From assembly GCF_964355755.1 (NCBI RefSeq), contig NC_092671.1, positions 25,246,070 to 25,310,069 of the forward strand: a DNA stretch of 64,000 nt. Direction: 5' to 3'. Origin of the DNA: Antedon mediterranea. Lineage: Eukaryota; Animalia; Echinodermata. This document shows positions 38,770 through 51,451 of the stretch, piece by piece. Within the stretch, counting starts at the first letter, position 1. Every line of letters begins with the position of its first letter. Under the pieces are notes generated by a model. The model had not been told where the DNA came from. It saw nothing but the letters and a program-made list of their open reading frames with translations, and did no database searches. The translations under genes were made by a program, and so were the position numbers.

Positions 38770-39840
38770 ATTAAAATAGTATTTAATAATATCAATAGGT
38801 TAACGTCTGTTAGACTCAATGAGATTGCTCATTTAATCAAAGAGAATAATATTCAGGTCTTTGGCGTTGCAGAAACCTTTCTAACTAATGATAATAATAT
38901 TAATATAGATGGTTATAATTGGTTTGGTAAATGTAGAAAACACAAGCAAGGAGGGGGTGTAGGTGCCTTTGTTGCGAAAGATATCACTATTTTAGATGAC
39001 AATGTTTTTAATTGTAAATCCGATGAATACGAAAGAATTTGGGTAAAAGTGTGTTTTGATTCAAACACACCAGTGTATATATCGGTAGTATATTATCCTG
39101 TTAATGGAGTTGACAGTGAGAAATCAGATGAATTGACTAATCAATTATTATCAGAAGTTATCCAATTAGAAAATAATGCAGAAAATCATGAGCCTCTCAT
39201 TCTGATAATGGGGGACTTTAATGGTAGAATTGGTCATGAAATTGCTAATGGTGATCCACAGGTTAATAGTAATGGTAAGCGCTTACTACAATTTAAGGAT
39301 GATTCAAATATGTTTATTTTAAACTGTAGTCCTTTATGTGAAGGGGTGGTTACTTGGTGCAAGGGTAATCAGAAAAGCACCATTGTTGATGAAGACAGAA
39401 AGCTAGGCACAGGAAGTGATCACAATAGCCTTTTGTTAGAATTAGATACTACCCTAATCACTCCTGTCAATCATCTGCATGAATTTGTTAAACTTCTTCG
39501 TGAAAGCAATTTCGGGGTAAGAATGAATGGTGTCTGGATGGGAGGGCTCTTCTGGGCTGATGATGTTATATTGATTGCTAATAATGAAAGGGAAATGACT
39601 GAAATGTTAGAAATTGCCAATATATTCGCCAAAGAATGGAAACTTGGTTTTAATCATGAAAAATCAAATGTCATGGTTGTTGGAAAACGCATAAATAAAG
39701 ATAAAGAGTGGAAATTAGGTGAAAAATCAATAAAAGAACTAAATAGTTATAAATATTTAGGGGTCTACATTTCCTCAAACATGAGTGAACATTCACATTA
39801 TGAACATGTTATCCAAAAGGGCAACCGGCTTATAGCTTAT
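38770..39840 (+). pseudogene. LINE ORF2 remnant (AP endonuclease fused by deletion to late RT)
   Basis: NNIN.L, AETFL, GGGVG, MGDFNGR, SDHN; then FWADDVILIA, NHEKSNVM, YKYLGV. Confidence 0.8.
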
Positions 39841-39845
39841 CATGT

Positions 39846-41287
39846 CATGTCCTCAATGAGATGGAGGAAAAAGATATCATCCGGAAGTCGTTGAGTGAAT
39901 GGGCATCCCCACTTGTATTGGTCTGGAAGAAGAACGGTGACCTGCGTATATGTACAGATTTCTGGTGGCTCAATGCAAGAACAACGAAAGACGCCCATCC
40001 CCTGCCAAACCAAGGAGATGCTCTTGCAGCCCTCGGAGGTAATTCACTGTTCTCCACAATGGATCTTACATCAGGGTACTATAACGTCCCAGTTCATGAA
40101 GACGACAGGAAATACACAGCCTTCACCACACCAATGGGACGATTAAGAAATAGTGGTCTGAAATTAGCACCTAAAAAGTGCCACCTTCTACGTCGCAGCG
40201 TCAAGTTCTTGGGACATGTGGTCGACGAGTCTGGGGTTCATACTGATTCAGATAAGGTGCAACCTATAGTCGACGTTAGTAAGGCTGCCCTGATGGCCTC
40301 AGATGGAATGACCCCTTGTCCTAAGAAGATTCGATCCTTTCTTGGAATGGTGGTGTATAATATCAGCACTTCATCCAGGATTGCTGAACTATTGTAAAAC
40401 CTTTATTTAATCTTACATCCGGTACTATGCCTTGCAAGCGGGGGAAACGTAAACATAAAATTCGCAAACTTCAACCGGGTGATTGGACCGCTGCTTTTGA
40501 GGATGCCTTTGAAAAATTAAATATTTCTCAGGATATAACTTTAGCTCACCCCGACTTTAATCGTCCGTTCATCTTATCAACAGATGCTTCCGCTGCTGGC
40601 AGCAAGCCAAGACTAGTAGCATTTGCTAGCAAGTCGCTCTCAAAAAGCCAGATGAAGTACCCAGCTAATAGACTGAAGTTTCAGCACTAAAGTGGGCCAT
40701 ATGTGAAAAGTTTAGACACTCGCTAAAGAATAATCGATTTACTGTCTGGACTGATAATAACCCGCTTACGTACATACTAACAAAGCCAAAGTTGAACGCG
40801 TGTGAGCAGAGATGGGTGGCGAAATTAGCACCCTACACATTCGATATCAAATATGTCCCAGGTCCAAAGAATATCGTCGCTGATGCGTTGTCACGTGAAC
40901 CATTCGTTCCAGTAATGAGTACATGTATTCATAGATTATTCAGAGATCGGGTGAACAGTCAATGGATATTTAATGAAATAACGGAGCGTGAGGTGTTTAA
41001 CCAACACCTACACTGACAAGAACACACAGAATGCAGGGCATCGGTCTACGCTAAATCTATGATAAATGATCAACTTACGTTAAAGACCAATTTAATTTCC
41101 TATACTAATGATGACATACGGAAAAAACAATTAGACGACAATATCCTACAGAGAGTTTTGGAGTATGTGGAGCGGAAGAGGAGGCCATCCCGGAGAGAGC
41201 GGGCATTGGACACCAATGCCATAAACGTAATTATGAGGCAATGGGATAAACTGAGACTTATCGATGGTGTTCTCTTTCGACTTGCAA
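39846..41287 (+). pseudogene. Second Gypsy element: RT, RNase H and start of integrase region, with deletions
   Basis: WASPLVLVWKKNGDLRICTDF, FSTMDLTSGYY, KKCH..VKFLGH, LAHPDFNRPFILSTDAS, TDNNPL, NIVADALSR. Confidence 0.85.
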
Positions 41288-41535
41288 AAATCCTTGTTCT
41301 AGCATTAATGGACATGGTGTTCTTAAAAGCTGAATTGTTATCTTGTGATTTAAGTGGGCCAGGAGGGATTAAACTGCTACCAGAAACAAAAATGTTGGCT
41401 ATATTCATAGAGGTTGATGTCCTCTTTCCGAATTTGACCGTAACGGAAGAAAAAGCTATCAAAGAAGCTGTTAATGGCAAATGCCAATATGTCAGATTTG
41501 TTAATAAAAGAAGGAAAGAGCGGCCGATTGAATAA
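41287..41535 (+). other. BEN-domain-like coding fragment
   Basis: LVLALMDMVFLKAELLSCDLSG...LLPETKMLAI..V...FP......IKEAVNGKC..R fits the BEN helical pattern; recognised by eye. Confidence 0.6.
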
Positions 41536-42015
41536 ATAACCTGTAAATATGTTGTATATATCGTTGATATTGCATGATAAATACATTGTACATACTAATT
41601 CGTTGTGCAGTACCGTAGGCTACTACTGTACAGTATTCAAAGTTATTCTACATCGTTATTAATATTACATTTGAGAGACAACCACAGAGGCTGGCTCAAT
41701 TGACGGGTTCCAACCACCCTAGGGCACTCAGAATTTCCGATTGGCATCATTTTTTTAATTGTCTACAATAAAAAAAATTCAAAATAATAGTATTACATTT
41801 TTATGTGTAAATTTGTTACTCGCTTCCTGGACAATGAGACCCAGTACAAAAGAGAATCAGAATCACAGAACAAGTTCTTCAAACTACAAATAAAAGTTTG
41901 TCATCACAACAAAGAGGGTTATTGTGGGATGTTTATTGCATAGAGGTCGTTTCTCCAGGGTTAGACAGTTTTACAGTGAAAGAGAAGAAAAAGGAGAGAA
42001 TCACACTTTAGTTAA

Positions 42016-45000
42016 TAGTAGGGCGGCCAATGTGAGCTTTTTCATCATGGGGGGCATTTTCTGTTAATAGCAGGCAACCATGTGGAATATATCCCTTATG
42101 GGATGACAAAAAAGATAGGGGTGGATGCCGCTCTCAAATTTCAGGTCAAAGGTCATTTTCAAGGTTATAAGGTCAAATATGGTAAAATAGAGGTTTAAGC
42201 TGTTTTCAACAACATATAAGCTAATTAAAAGAAATGTAACCATTATTGGATCATCATTGACATATTGCTGTAGATGGTGAAGTTCATCAATTTTTCAACT
42301 TACAAGTTTAAAGGTCATTTTCAAGGTCATAAGGTCAAATAGAGCACAGAACTGTTAATTATCGGTATTAATAATTGAAATAAATATAATTTTCATGATA
42401 GCCTGGTGCTGATGGTTATAGTGTGGTGTCAAAAAGACCAGAATTGTACTGGGAAGATTTTGAACTTTTTGAGTCACTCCTGGAAGGTGTTCAAGGAATG
42501 GAGAGGATCAAAGTATCAAAATAATCGAAATTAGAGACCTACTGGAATGTCTTAAATTTCATTTAAAAACGGTCACAGAGGGTTTGTGGGTTGGGAGTAA
42601 TGGGCGGCATGGGCACATGCCAATATTCGAAATGTTTCTGGGATGGGAGGAGGTAACGCTCTGAGGTGGATATTTCTTCAAGCACTGATATATAATGCCT
42701 ACTAGCCATCTGGGTAACGGCAAACGATTGAATCACAACCACATATGCATGCTTTCTGTAACAACTTCATCGGCTCTTTAGTTTACATACACATGTAACA
42801 AGTTCCAAACTGACAACTGGGTTAGGGGCTTCCAAACAACCCGATTCAATTAGGCCACATACTGATCTCTGCCTGATAGTTGGCTCGTATGTTTAGGTTC
42901 TATGATGTCTGTATTCACCATAGGTGAGTTTTTTTAATTTTTAGTGTTTCCCGAAGTAGAAATACAGGTACTTAAATATTTATTGAGTGAAGTGAAATAC
43001 TTAATATTTAAGGGAAATATATATCACAAGTGTTAATGGTATATGGTTACTGGGTCTAGATGGAGGTAGCACCAAAGAGTAGTCTGTACAGATATCTGCT
43101 CAAGAGTACCATATATTTGGCAATATTAAACTTTAGTGTACACTGTACGTGGAAAGTCTTAATCTTAATAAATTCCATTTACAAGGAGTGGATGCGTTAC
43201 AAATGATTTCCAGTATGACCTCTTCCCATAACCAGCAAATAATGACGTGCTGCAACCTGTAATGACATGGAAGCTGGTTAGATTATTCTTAATAGGTTTT
43301 CAACTACTTTATTGTTCACTATACCAGACATCGTCCATACTTTTGAAGGCTACTGTTACAAAGTGCATATCATTAATTAACATCAACTTTCATGTATAAT
43401 TGCAAGCTCTTTGTTATTGACATAAAGAATGTCTAAAAACTTTGTGATATTTGTTCTCCTCCAAACCGATGAGTGTGGCCCAAAACAAATACGGAAGTAC
43501 AGATTAGTACATTGGGACTATCCTTTCAATCGTGTCACTGCTTTTATCCACCCCTTTCCAATGTAATGATCAAATACAACAAAATGATGAAATATCTAGG
43601 TAACTTGCATAAATACTTGCATAGTCACCAAATGTTTACAGCCATGTTTACTGCATCCTATAGTGCATGACCATCATGTTTTTACTGTAAGTTTTCTTCT
43701 GGAACATCTGTGGGTATTTCAACGCCATCCATCAAGATATGTGAAGTCATATTTGGTTAAAGATATTAAAATTGGGCTATGATCATACTCCAATGGTTGA
43801 TCAGCAGATTTTCTGTCAGTTTTTATATACTTTATCGAAACAGTTGCCTTATAGAAATCCGCAAAGGTTTAGATCAATGCTTTCTCAGTGGCTCATGAAG
43901 TTCTAAGTTCTACTGTTTTTTTTCTTTCAATAAGTTGTTACTTTAAATATAAGATCTTCCTTACCATCTGTCAGTTCGAAAGAATATTGTGTATTATGTG
44001 TGATTCGTGATCGGTCTGACCATGTCATGCAGAACCTATCAATGAATTACAGCGTTTCTTGTTATACCAATGATTCTATTTTGAATTGATCAATCATCCA
44101 CTCAGTGTTTAGAATATTGGTTCTGATAGTTAAGATAGGTAAATTTGTTTACCCTTTTAACCTCATTTCTACAACGAATCCAATCGGTTTTTAAATGTGT
44201 TGGTGGTTTCAGAAATGACGACTTTGGTTGGCAAACTATTAAAATATATAATTACTAATTGTGAAAAAGTGGATCTCCTATCAGTCCTTTGTGAAATTTA
44301 GGTTTAAAAAGTCTAAGCTGATGTCCTCGTGTATTACTGCTTAGATTGCATCTCATTTGAAGGAAGTCTTCCTTGGCTACACCCTCGAAATCTTTTGAAA
44401 ATTGTCAATCAAGTCACCATAAATTCGTCTGTCATACAGGGTTGTTAGGCCAAGAAAATTTAAACGATCTTCATATGAATAAAAATGGATAGCTGGAATT
44501 TGATTTGTTGTATGACGTTGTCCTCTTCAAGTGCGTTTATGTCTTTTTGGAGAAATGGATTTCATACCTGGACACAGTACGTAACGTAATGTTTGTAAAT
44601 AACGTTAAAACCGTCTTTATCCATGTGTATAAAGGACTTCTTAATTACTTAAGGAGTTTTATATTTGTTATCACCGTCAGTCATGATAGCATAGATGCGA
44701 AGGCCTCAAGAAGAAGTCCCCAATTACCACTCCTTCCAACCTTGATAAAGTCCAATAGTTAGGGTTTTTGAAAAAACAAAGATTCGATACCCAGGTTTCT
44801 CTTTCGAGATTTCTTGAAACAACAAACTTCAATAAAAACTTGTATCATTGAAATAAAGAAAAAAATGTTTAAATAATTACATTATAGGGGGTCTCTGACC
44901 CAAACAAAAACATCTTGACATATGGTCATATAGGTCTCTGTTTTCGAAATTTTTCTAAAAACAAATTTCTAAATATTATTACATTATTATAGGTAATATT

Positions 45001-45601
45001 AATAATTTTTCTAAAAACAAATTTCTAAATATTACTGTATTACATTATTATAGGTAATATTAATATAATAGTAAAAGACCAATCTTTTGGCACATATGGC
45101 GTTTCATACATATAACACTTGACCTATTTTTTCCGACAAAAATCAAAACGATGACTGGTGGACAACATGAAAAAGACAAATTTACAACAGACTGGGAAAA
45201 GCCTATTAAAAAACTGTGTGTACTTTACAGAAATATGTGAAAACAACATTTTGAGAAAATGACACTTTTATATTTAATTTCCTATGTTTTTATGTGTAAA
45301 ATTAAATGTTTATCTCATAATTACTATAATATGAAGCATCAGTTGATCTTCAGATATACCTTTTTGGATAGCTCTGATGATGTAGATGATTTTCCGTGAA
45401 TAAAAAAAAATCCTATATTTTGACTTTGTTTGACCTCTTGACCACATAAACTGACCTTAAAACCCAAAACTGAAGATGGCATCCACCCCTATCGTTTTTG
45501 TCACCCCACAAAGGATACATTCAACATGGTTGCCTGCTATTAACAAAAAATGCCCCCCAAACTTTTTATAGAGGACTTTTGTGTATTTGGCCTCTCTACT
45601 A
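42016..45601 (-). mobile_element. Second Academ-type transposon, internally deleted (3586 bp)
   Basis: Termini TAGTAGGGCGGCCAA / TTGGCCTCTCTACTA, TSD TAA (42013-42015, 45602-45604), imperfect TIR of more than 100 bp. Minus-strand remnants RANYQA and LELVTCVCK...SC...CICGC...C at ~42720-42900. Confidence 0.8.
44300..44820 (-). mobile_element. CR1-type LINE 3' fragment inside the second Academ
   Basis: SYEDRLNFLGLTTLYDRRIYGDLI on the minus strand (44410-44480); boundaries approximate. Confidence 0.6.
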
Positions 45602-46979
45602 TAAGCAATTAAAGCTGTATGATGCAGGTTTTTATGTAGTCAAAATATCAAAACAGTATGAAACACTGAAAGCAGCTAGTTAAATTCTATCCTTTCAATT
45701 AGAACATATCTACTGTACCTTCCACCTTTCACACCAATGAGGCTATGCTTAGCTGCGCAAATACGAAATCTCAGTGTTGCATCGGGCATACTAATATACA
45801 GTAAACATCACTACGAAAAATCAAACCAGTAGCCATTCATACTGTTACTCTTATCGATAGGATGGACAAACTGATCAAAACAATTAATGAAAGAAATTTT
45901 AAATTAAAGACCCATTTACACAGCTAAAACAGAACAAAACACCATTTGTATATATTGCAGGATACTTGGGCAAGAAATATTAACATATTAAACTGTGACA
46001 CCTGTACAGTAGGTCAGAAAAAAAAAGATGTGTTTTGTTGAATATTCTGGTTTTCAAAGGCAGATGACAGTGACTGGTCATTAGCGTTTCCACAGAAACA
46101 TTGCATGCATACAATGTGAAAACAAAAACATCATCATAACTAAACAATATACTGTAGGATCATTGGGGAATCACAACTTGATTCAAAGTTGAAATAGCTT
46201 TGGAAATACATAATGATGATGTCATAGTAGCGATGTTTGCAATGTCACATATACTGTAGAATAGTATAGGTATGGGTATACTAGACCTATTCATCTGTTT
46301 TTTATCAAATGTACACATAAATGTAGAGGACTGGGTAGAAAAAATTCTAGAAACTGATGTAATTTGTTTGTTTAGGTTAACCCTGTAATAGACCAACTAA
46401 AATCTGTTGTTATGCAATAGTAACTGTGTTATTCCAAAAAACAGTATTATTTCTATGTACAGTACATATTAAAAGAAAACATTCTGTCGTCATTGGCCAA
46501 AAGCAAAGGTGAAAGACGTATATGACCAAACCCATTGCTCCTTAAAGCAGATAACAATGGGAAGTTGTACAAAAAAAATAGCTCATCTGTAAATCTTTTT
46601 AAATTTGTAGATGTATATTAGATTCTAGTTTGTAATGCAATGATTTGGTGCTTAAATATTGATGCATAAATTCTTAATAATACTTAATCCTTAGTTAATT
46701 AATGCCCACTTAGGTGTGTGCTTAGAAGGGCTGCTATTTTGCAGTAGATTGTCATAGGTAATAAAATATGTATGAAAGTTTTCTTTGGGAGAAAAATTGC
46801 TTGGGAGGAATTAAACAACATCTCATAGAATCTATTCCACGAATTACGAAATAAAATAAAAGGTTAACAAGGACTTTGAAGTTGTCTTATTTCTCTAGTG
46901 CTTTATATTTTCAAGATTGATATACATTACACATTTTATAGATACCACAGATGTGCCCATGTAATTTGGTAGCATCAGG

Positions 46980-47085
46980 TCACTGAATAAGTAAATTTTC
47001 CTTATTTGGCCACCATTCTGGTATTCTTGCTGTCATTTCTATATCGTTGCCTTCCTTATCATTTACAATTAGTTTCTTGTTCTGA
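46980..47085 (-). CDS. IBA57: IBA57 exon 7 (terminal)
   Basis: Acceptor tttttag|, phase 2; ...ARIPEWWPNKENLLIQ*; TGA at 46982-46980. Confidence 0.9.
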
Positions 47086-47343
47086 CTAAAAATTTAAGAA
47101 TGAACAAAAAGAAAAAAGATAATTACCATTCAATAATTATTCAAATAAATCTCAAATTTTACAAAATAGAATACAGTAGATAGGTTTGTTGATATGAAAA
47201 CTCCCATCAATGAAATTAACTAAGATGGAAAAAGTTACAAGAATGATAGAATTAACATCTTCCGCTTTGAGTGAAACAGCTCCATATCTTCAAATGAATC
47301 TCACTTTTATGAAATAGACAATAGCGGTGCTGACGTCACATGG

Positions 47344-47552
47344 TTACTAGCCAACCAAAAAATGCAAAACAAACTAAAATTTAAAAAAATCACCAAATAT
47401 TTGTCTTTAATATATAATATCTGTTTATCCTTCAACTACAGTTTAAGTACAAACAAAATCAAGCTAAGATACATAATTTTATAGAAATACAGATCTATAC
47501 AGTTTATCAACATACAGTAGTAGCGTTGAATGCATTTTTTGGTTGGCTAGCA
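47344..47552. repeat. Short inverted-repeat (MITE-like) element
   Basis: ctagccaaccaaaaaatgca / tgcattttttggttggctag; flanked by a ~90-bp direct duplication (~47188 and ~47571). Confidence 0.55.
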
Positions 47553-47824
47553 ATCGGGTAGTATATATCTGTTGATATGAAAACTCCCATCAATGAAAAA
47601 TGACAATAGAATGGAATGAACATCTTCTGTTTATAAACGTTTTATTAGCGCTTGAATGAAACATCTCAGTGACAGATTTATTGTTATCTTTCTCATTTGA
47701 CTTTTATTATGATTCCATTGTTAAATATGTTGTATTTTCTTTGTAAATTATGTATTTGTACCTTTTTATGTTTTGGCTATAAAATGTATAGCTTACTTTA
47801 AAAACTTTCCAGAAATTCAAGTTA

Positions 47825-48520
47825 AACTAGATTTGAACTCGTCACTACGGACGAGTTAGGTTATCCGCAGCGCAAAAGCCACGTGCACGTCATACGTTAG
47901 AATATTGCGCACAGAAAAACGATTATGCCCTTGAAAAAATGTTAGTGCGCTCTCTATTTTGTGTCACGTCTAAGTATATACAGTATACACTATAAACTGC
48001 ATACGTACTACATACAGTGCAAAATAGGTGAAAATAAGTGATAAAAGTTATTGACGCTATTGAACATGATGACGTTATCACAATTTTAAAAATGATGAAT
48101 CATGCGAAAGATAATTGCTTGAACTAGACAATATAAAAAAATGGGAGAAAATGAAATACGGATAAGTGGAGATGCGCTCTATTTAATGTGATGAGCTATG
48201 ACAAAAGATACAAAAATCCTATAATTTATATTCGAGTGGCCATACGATGACGTCACATGATTCGATATCTACAACTCATCTACTTCCATAATATGTAATT
48301 TAAGTTCACCACGTAGTTTAAGCTTGGTTCCCACTAGAACGTAACGTAAACGCAACGCAAGCGTTTTAACCAATGACAAGCGAAGTTATAGACAGTTAGC
48401 AATCACAAGCGAATAAGCCATCGCTTGTGAACTTTATAAGTTGCGGATAACCAAAAAAACAAAACAAAAAAAGATCCTGACAATAACAAGGGGTTATCCA
48501 CCAAGTGCGGATAACCAATA
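47825..48520 (-). mobile_element. Helentron-associated non-autonomous element (HINE/DINE-1-like)
   Basis: Sub-terminal inverted repeat ggttatccgca (47859-47869) / tgcggataacc (48506-48516, also 48442-48452); short IR at the 5' end; stem-loop aactcgtc/gacgagtt near the 3' end; T-rich flanks on the minus strand. Confidence 0.65.
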
Positions 48521-48548
48521 AACACTTGAATAAAATGGGTAAACAAAC

Positions 48549-48668
48549 CTCAAGGAAACTCTAAGCAATGCAAGGCCATTATTTCCAATATGACTTCGAA
48601 GTTTTCCAGTATTTTTTCCATCTTCGTTTTTCACAGAGACGCCATTGTCAATAAGAATTGATGTTGAA
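48549..48668 (-). CDS. IBA57: IBA57 exon 6
   Basis: 120 nt, phase 2-2; GKNTGKLRSHIGNNGLALLRV. Confidence 0.9.
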
Positions 48669-50423
48669 CTTGAATAAAATAATATTTGATTATTCCAAAT
48701 ATCTGTGTATTAAGTGGTGAATAGAATTATACAAAATATTTCAAGGTAAAAATAACATTTCATTCTTTACCAAATTAATTATTTGTTCCATAGTATGAAT
48801 ATAAACATAATTATTATTTGTTTTATAGCACACCTACTTCAACGAGAGGTTAGGCTAAACCATTCGAAAGTGCAGTACTCTAATTTTTGATATGGACAGG
48901 TTAATTTTCAAACAGCCTAGCCTAGTGTTACGCATGGTTGTTGCTCATTGAAGAATGAACACACAGTATAACGAAATTCAACTTGCACTATTGATGACAT
49001 GGTTTAATGGAGTATTTATTGAAAATCAGGTGACCCACAACCATCCAATCAAATGACAAGAATTTGCTTGTGTGCATTATATAATGTCTTATTCCATTTG
49101 TCATATAAAATAGATTTGTCATAAATCAGACAAAACATGTTATCAACTGGCACCATTTTTTTTTCCACTTACAATTTTAAAAGAAAACTTATTTTGTAGC
49201 CCTTTTGCTAACATTAAATAGATATCAGAGGCTTGTAAAGATTACTAACTTGTTCCGATTTAACATCAAAGTAAACTCTTTACCAAAAATATATACAATT
49301 TTTTTTTGTTTAAGTGAATCGGGTATATAAAGTATTTCTCCTTCTTGTTTGTTTAAAGTTAATGAACTTGCTAGTAACTTGATATAGGAATTGAGTATAT
49401 GTTCACAATATTGCTTTCACTCAAACTATTCAACAAACAAAGAATAAATGTAGGGTCATATATTCAGAACATTCATTTCAGTCTGTTTGATTTTAAGTTG
49501 ATTAAATTTAATCACCAAACGGATTGATTTCCTGTAAATTTTGTAATTTTAATGAAATGAATATATCTTGAATAAACAGTACTATAATCAAGGCCATGAA
49601 ACAGTATACAGTATAATATATACAGTTGAAAAAGTGTTACAATTCACAGTATGCTGTAGTTTCTGTATGACAATATTCACCCACGATCAGTCTCCTGATG
49701 TCATTTTCAAAAACATTTATAATTTCTAGTTCTAGTTGTCCCATGACATAGCGGATCGTAGGGGCGTAGCAGATAAGATACAGTGAAACAAGCACCTCCA
49801 TATGGGAATTAGTAATCATTATGATACGATACACAGGCATAAGCTATATCTCCCAGTGGTGCCTATCTCCTCTCCGGGCTGGAGAGGTTTTGCTGGATGG
49901 CCATTGTTGGTTCTCCTAAACCAACACCCAAGTAGTTGGTTTTTTTAGTACCAGCTGGGTGTCCAACCACCCTCTAAACCATGTTCCTAAAGGAGTTAAT
50001 GGGGGTACCGGTTTAGCCACCGGTGGCCTGACCCAGCAACAGGTAGTATTGGATTACATGTTACCAATAAATTAAAAATTTACAAGATCTAAAAATAAAT
50101 ATTTCAGTGTAGGATAAATATTGATAACAAATTATTAGTCGAGAAATGTATCTGAAACGTCTTTTATTTTTATCTACTGAAGTATTTTATTAATATATGG
50201 TAGCTATAAGCATACATTATGGGGAGATATGATATAAAGGATAACAATTAACAAAATGTGTTCTCTATTTTGCTCTTGTAATAACATTTTACCTTTTAAA
50301 ACAATATTTAAAAAAAGAGACCATTATGATTCAATATTTTAAACATCAATATGGCTTGCCTTCCTTTTTTCAGAGTTTGATTTATATAATGATATATTAA
50401 AATTATTAGTTAGACTTTCTTAC

Positions 50424-50523
50424 CTTGCAATATCTACAGGCATTAGTCGTTTTCTTATTACACCTGTGTAGTGAGTTCTTGCAGTTAATTCTTGCCCCAA
50501 ATAACAACCTTTGCTGAAACTTA
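50424..50523 (-). CDS. IBA57: IBA57 exon 5 (YgfZ/IBA57 signature)
   Basis: [29 protein letters not shown]; 100 nt, phase 1-2. Confidence 0.97.
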
Positions 50524-50948
50524 CTGCAAAATATAGATGCAGACAAGGCAAAATCAATATAAAATATTGCAAAATGTGATATTAAGTTTAAAGAACAAAC
50601 AAAAAGTTTGCTGAACACCAGTTTTTAAAAAGGAAGTAAAGTTGAGAATGTCTCAACTTTTCTGTTGTTACTATAATATAAATATAATATTATGTGTAAT
50701 AACACAGGTATGTGGTACACCATGTGGTACACCATTCCTTAAAAGGTGCTGTAGAGTTTAGACTTTCTCAACACTATGGTCTGTTAGTGTTACATATCTA
50801 CAAACTGTTTTCTGAAGTAATTTAATGCAATTCATAAAATGTACAGTGTTTATTTAAAGAAGAAATCCCCCTTTAGTTTGCAAAAGTAATCTAAAAAAGC
50901 CTATTTCGAAAATGATTCAATATAAGTTGTTCACATTTAATTACTTGC

Positions 50949-51095
50949 CTCCATTCATAAAAGCTAAATTTGACTCGAGGGGAAATGAATCTCCAACAGG
51001 CATATCTGTAACCCCTTCACTGACTCCCCAGAGGTAACGACGTCTTCGGTAATCAGATTCATCAACAATATTGCAATTTGTAAATAATTCACTAA
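50949..51095 (-). CDS. IBA57: IBA57 exon 4
   Basis: [13 protein letters not shown]...[12 protein letters not shown]; 147 nt; GC donor. Confidence 0.93.
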
Positions 51096-51119
51096 CTGAA
51101 AATAAAAAAAGTTATTGAA

Positions 51120-51451
51120 AACATTGATGATCAGGCCTTAACATTGTTGCAAAGCTATAACATCAATCAATGATGATCAGGCCTAAACATTGTTGCAAAG
51201 CTATAACATTGATGATCAGGCCTAAACATTGTTGCAAAGCTATAACATTGATGATCAGGCCTAAACATTGTTGCAAAGCTATAACATTGATGATCAGGCC
51301 TAAACATTGTTGCAAAGCTATAACATTGATGATCAGGCCTAAACATTGTTGCAAAGCTATAACATTGATGATCAGGCCTAAACATTGTTGCAAAGCTATA
51401 ACATTGATGATCAGGCCTAAACATTGTTGCAAAGCTATAACATCAATCAAT
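51120..51451. repeat. 39-bp tandem repeat, ~8 copies, in IBA57 intron 3
   Basis: Unit aacattgatgatcaggcctaaacattgttgcaaagctat. Confidence 0.95.

Larger units (their letters stand above)
37146..39845 (+). mobile_element. LINE (RTEX/CR1-like) nested in the second Gypsy, internally and 3' deleted
   Basis: 5' UTR, ORF1 with PHD finger and SGNH esterase, ORF2 with APE and partial RT. Confidence 0.8.

Noticed and set aside
37140-39847. atgtca as the TSD of the nested LINE
   Set aside because: The LINE 3' end and part of the Gypsy pol are missing, so the right junction is a deletion breakpoint; a 6-bp match may be chance or microhomology.
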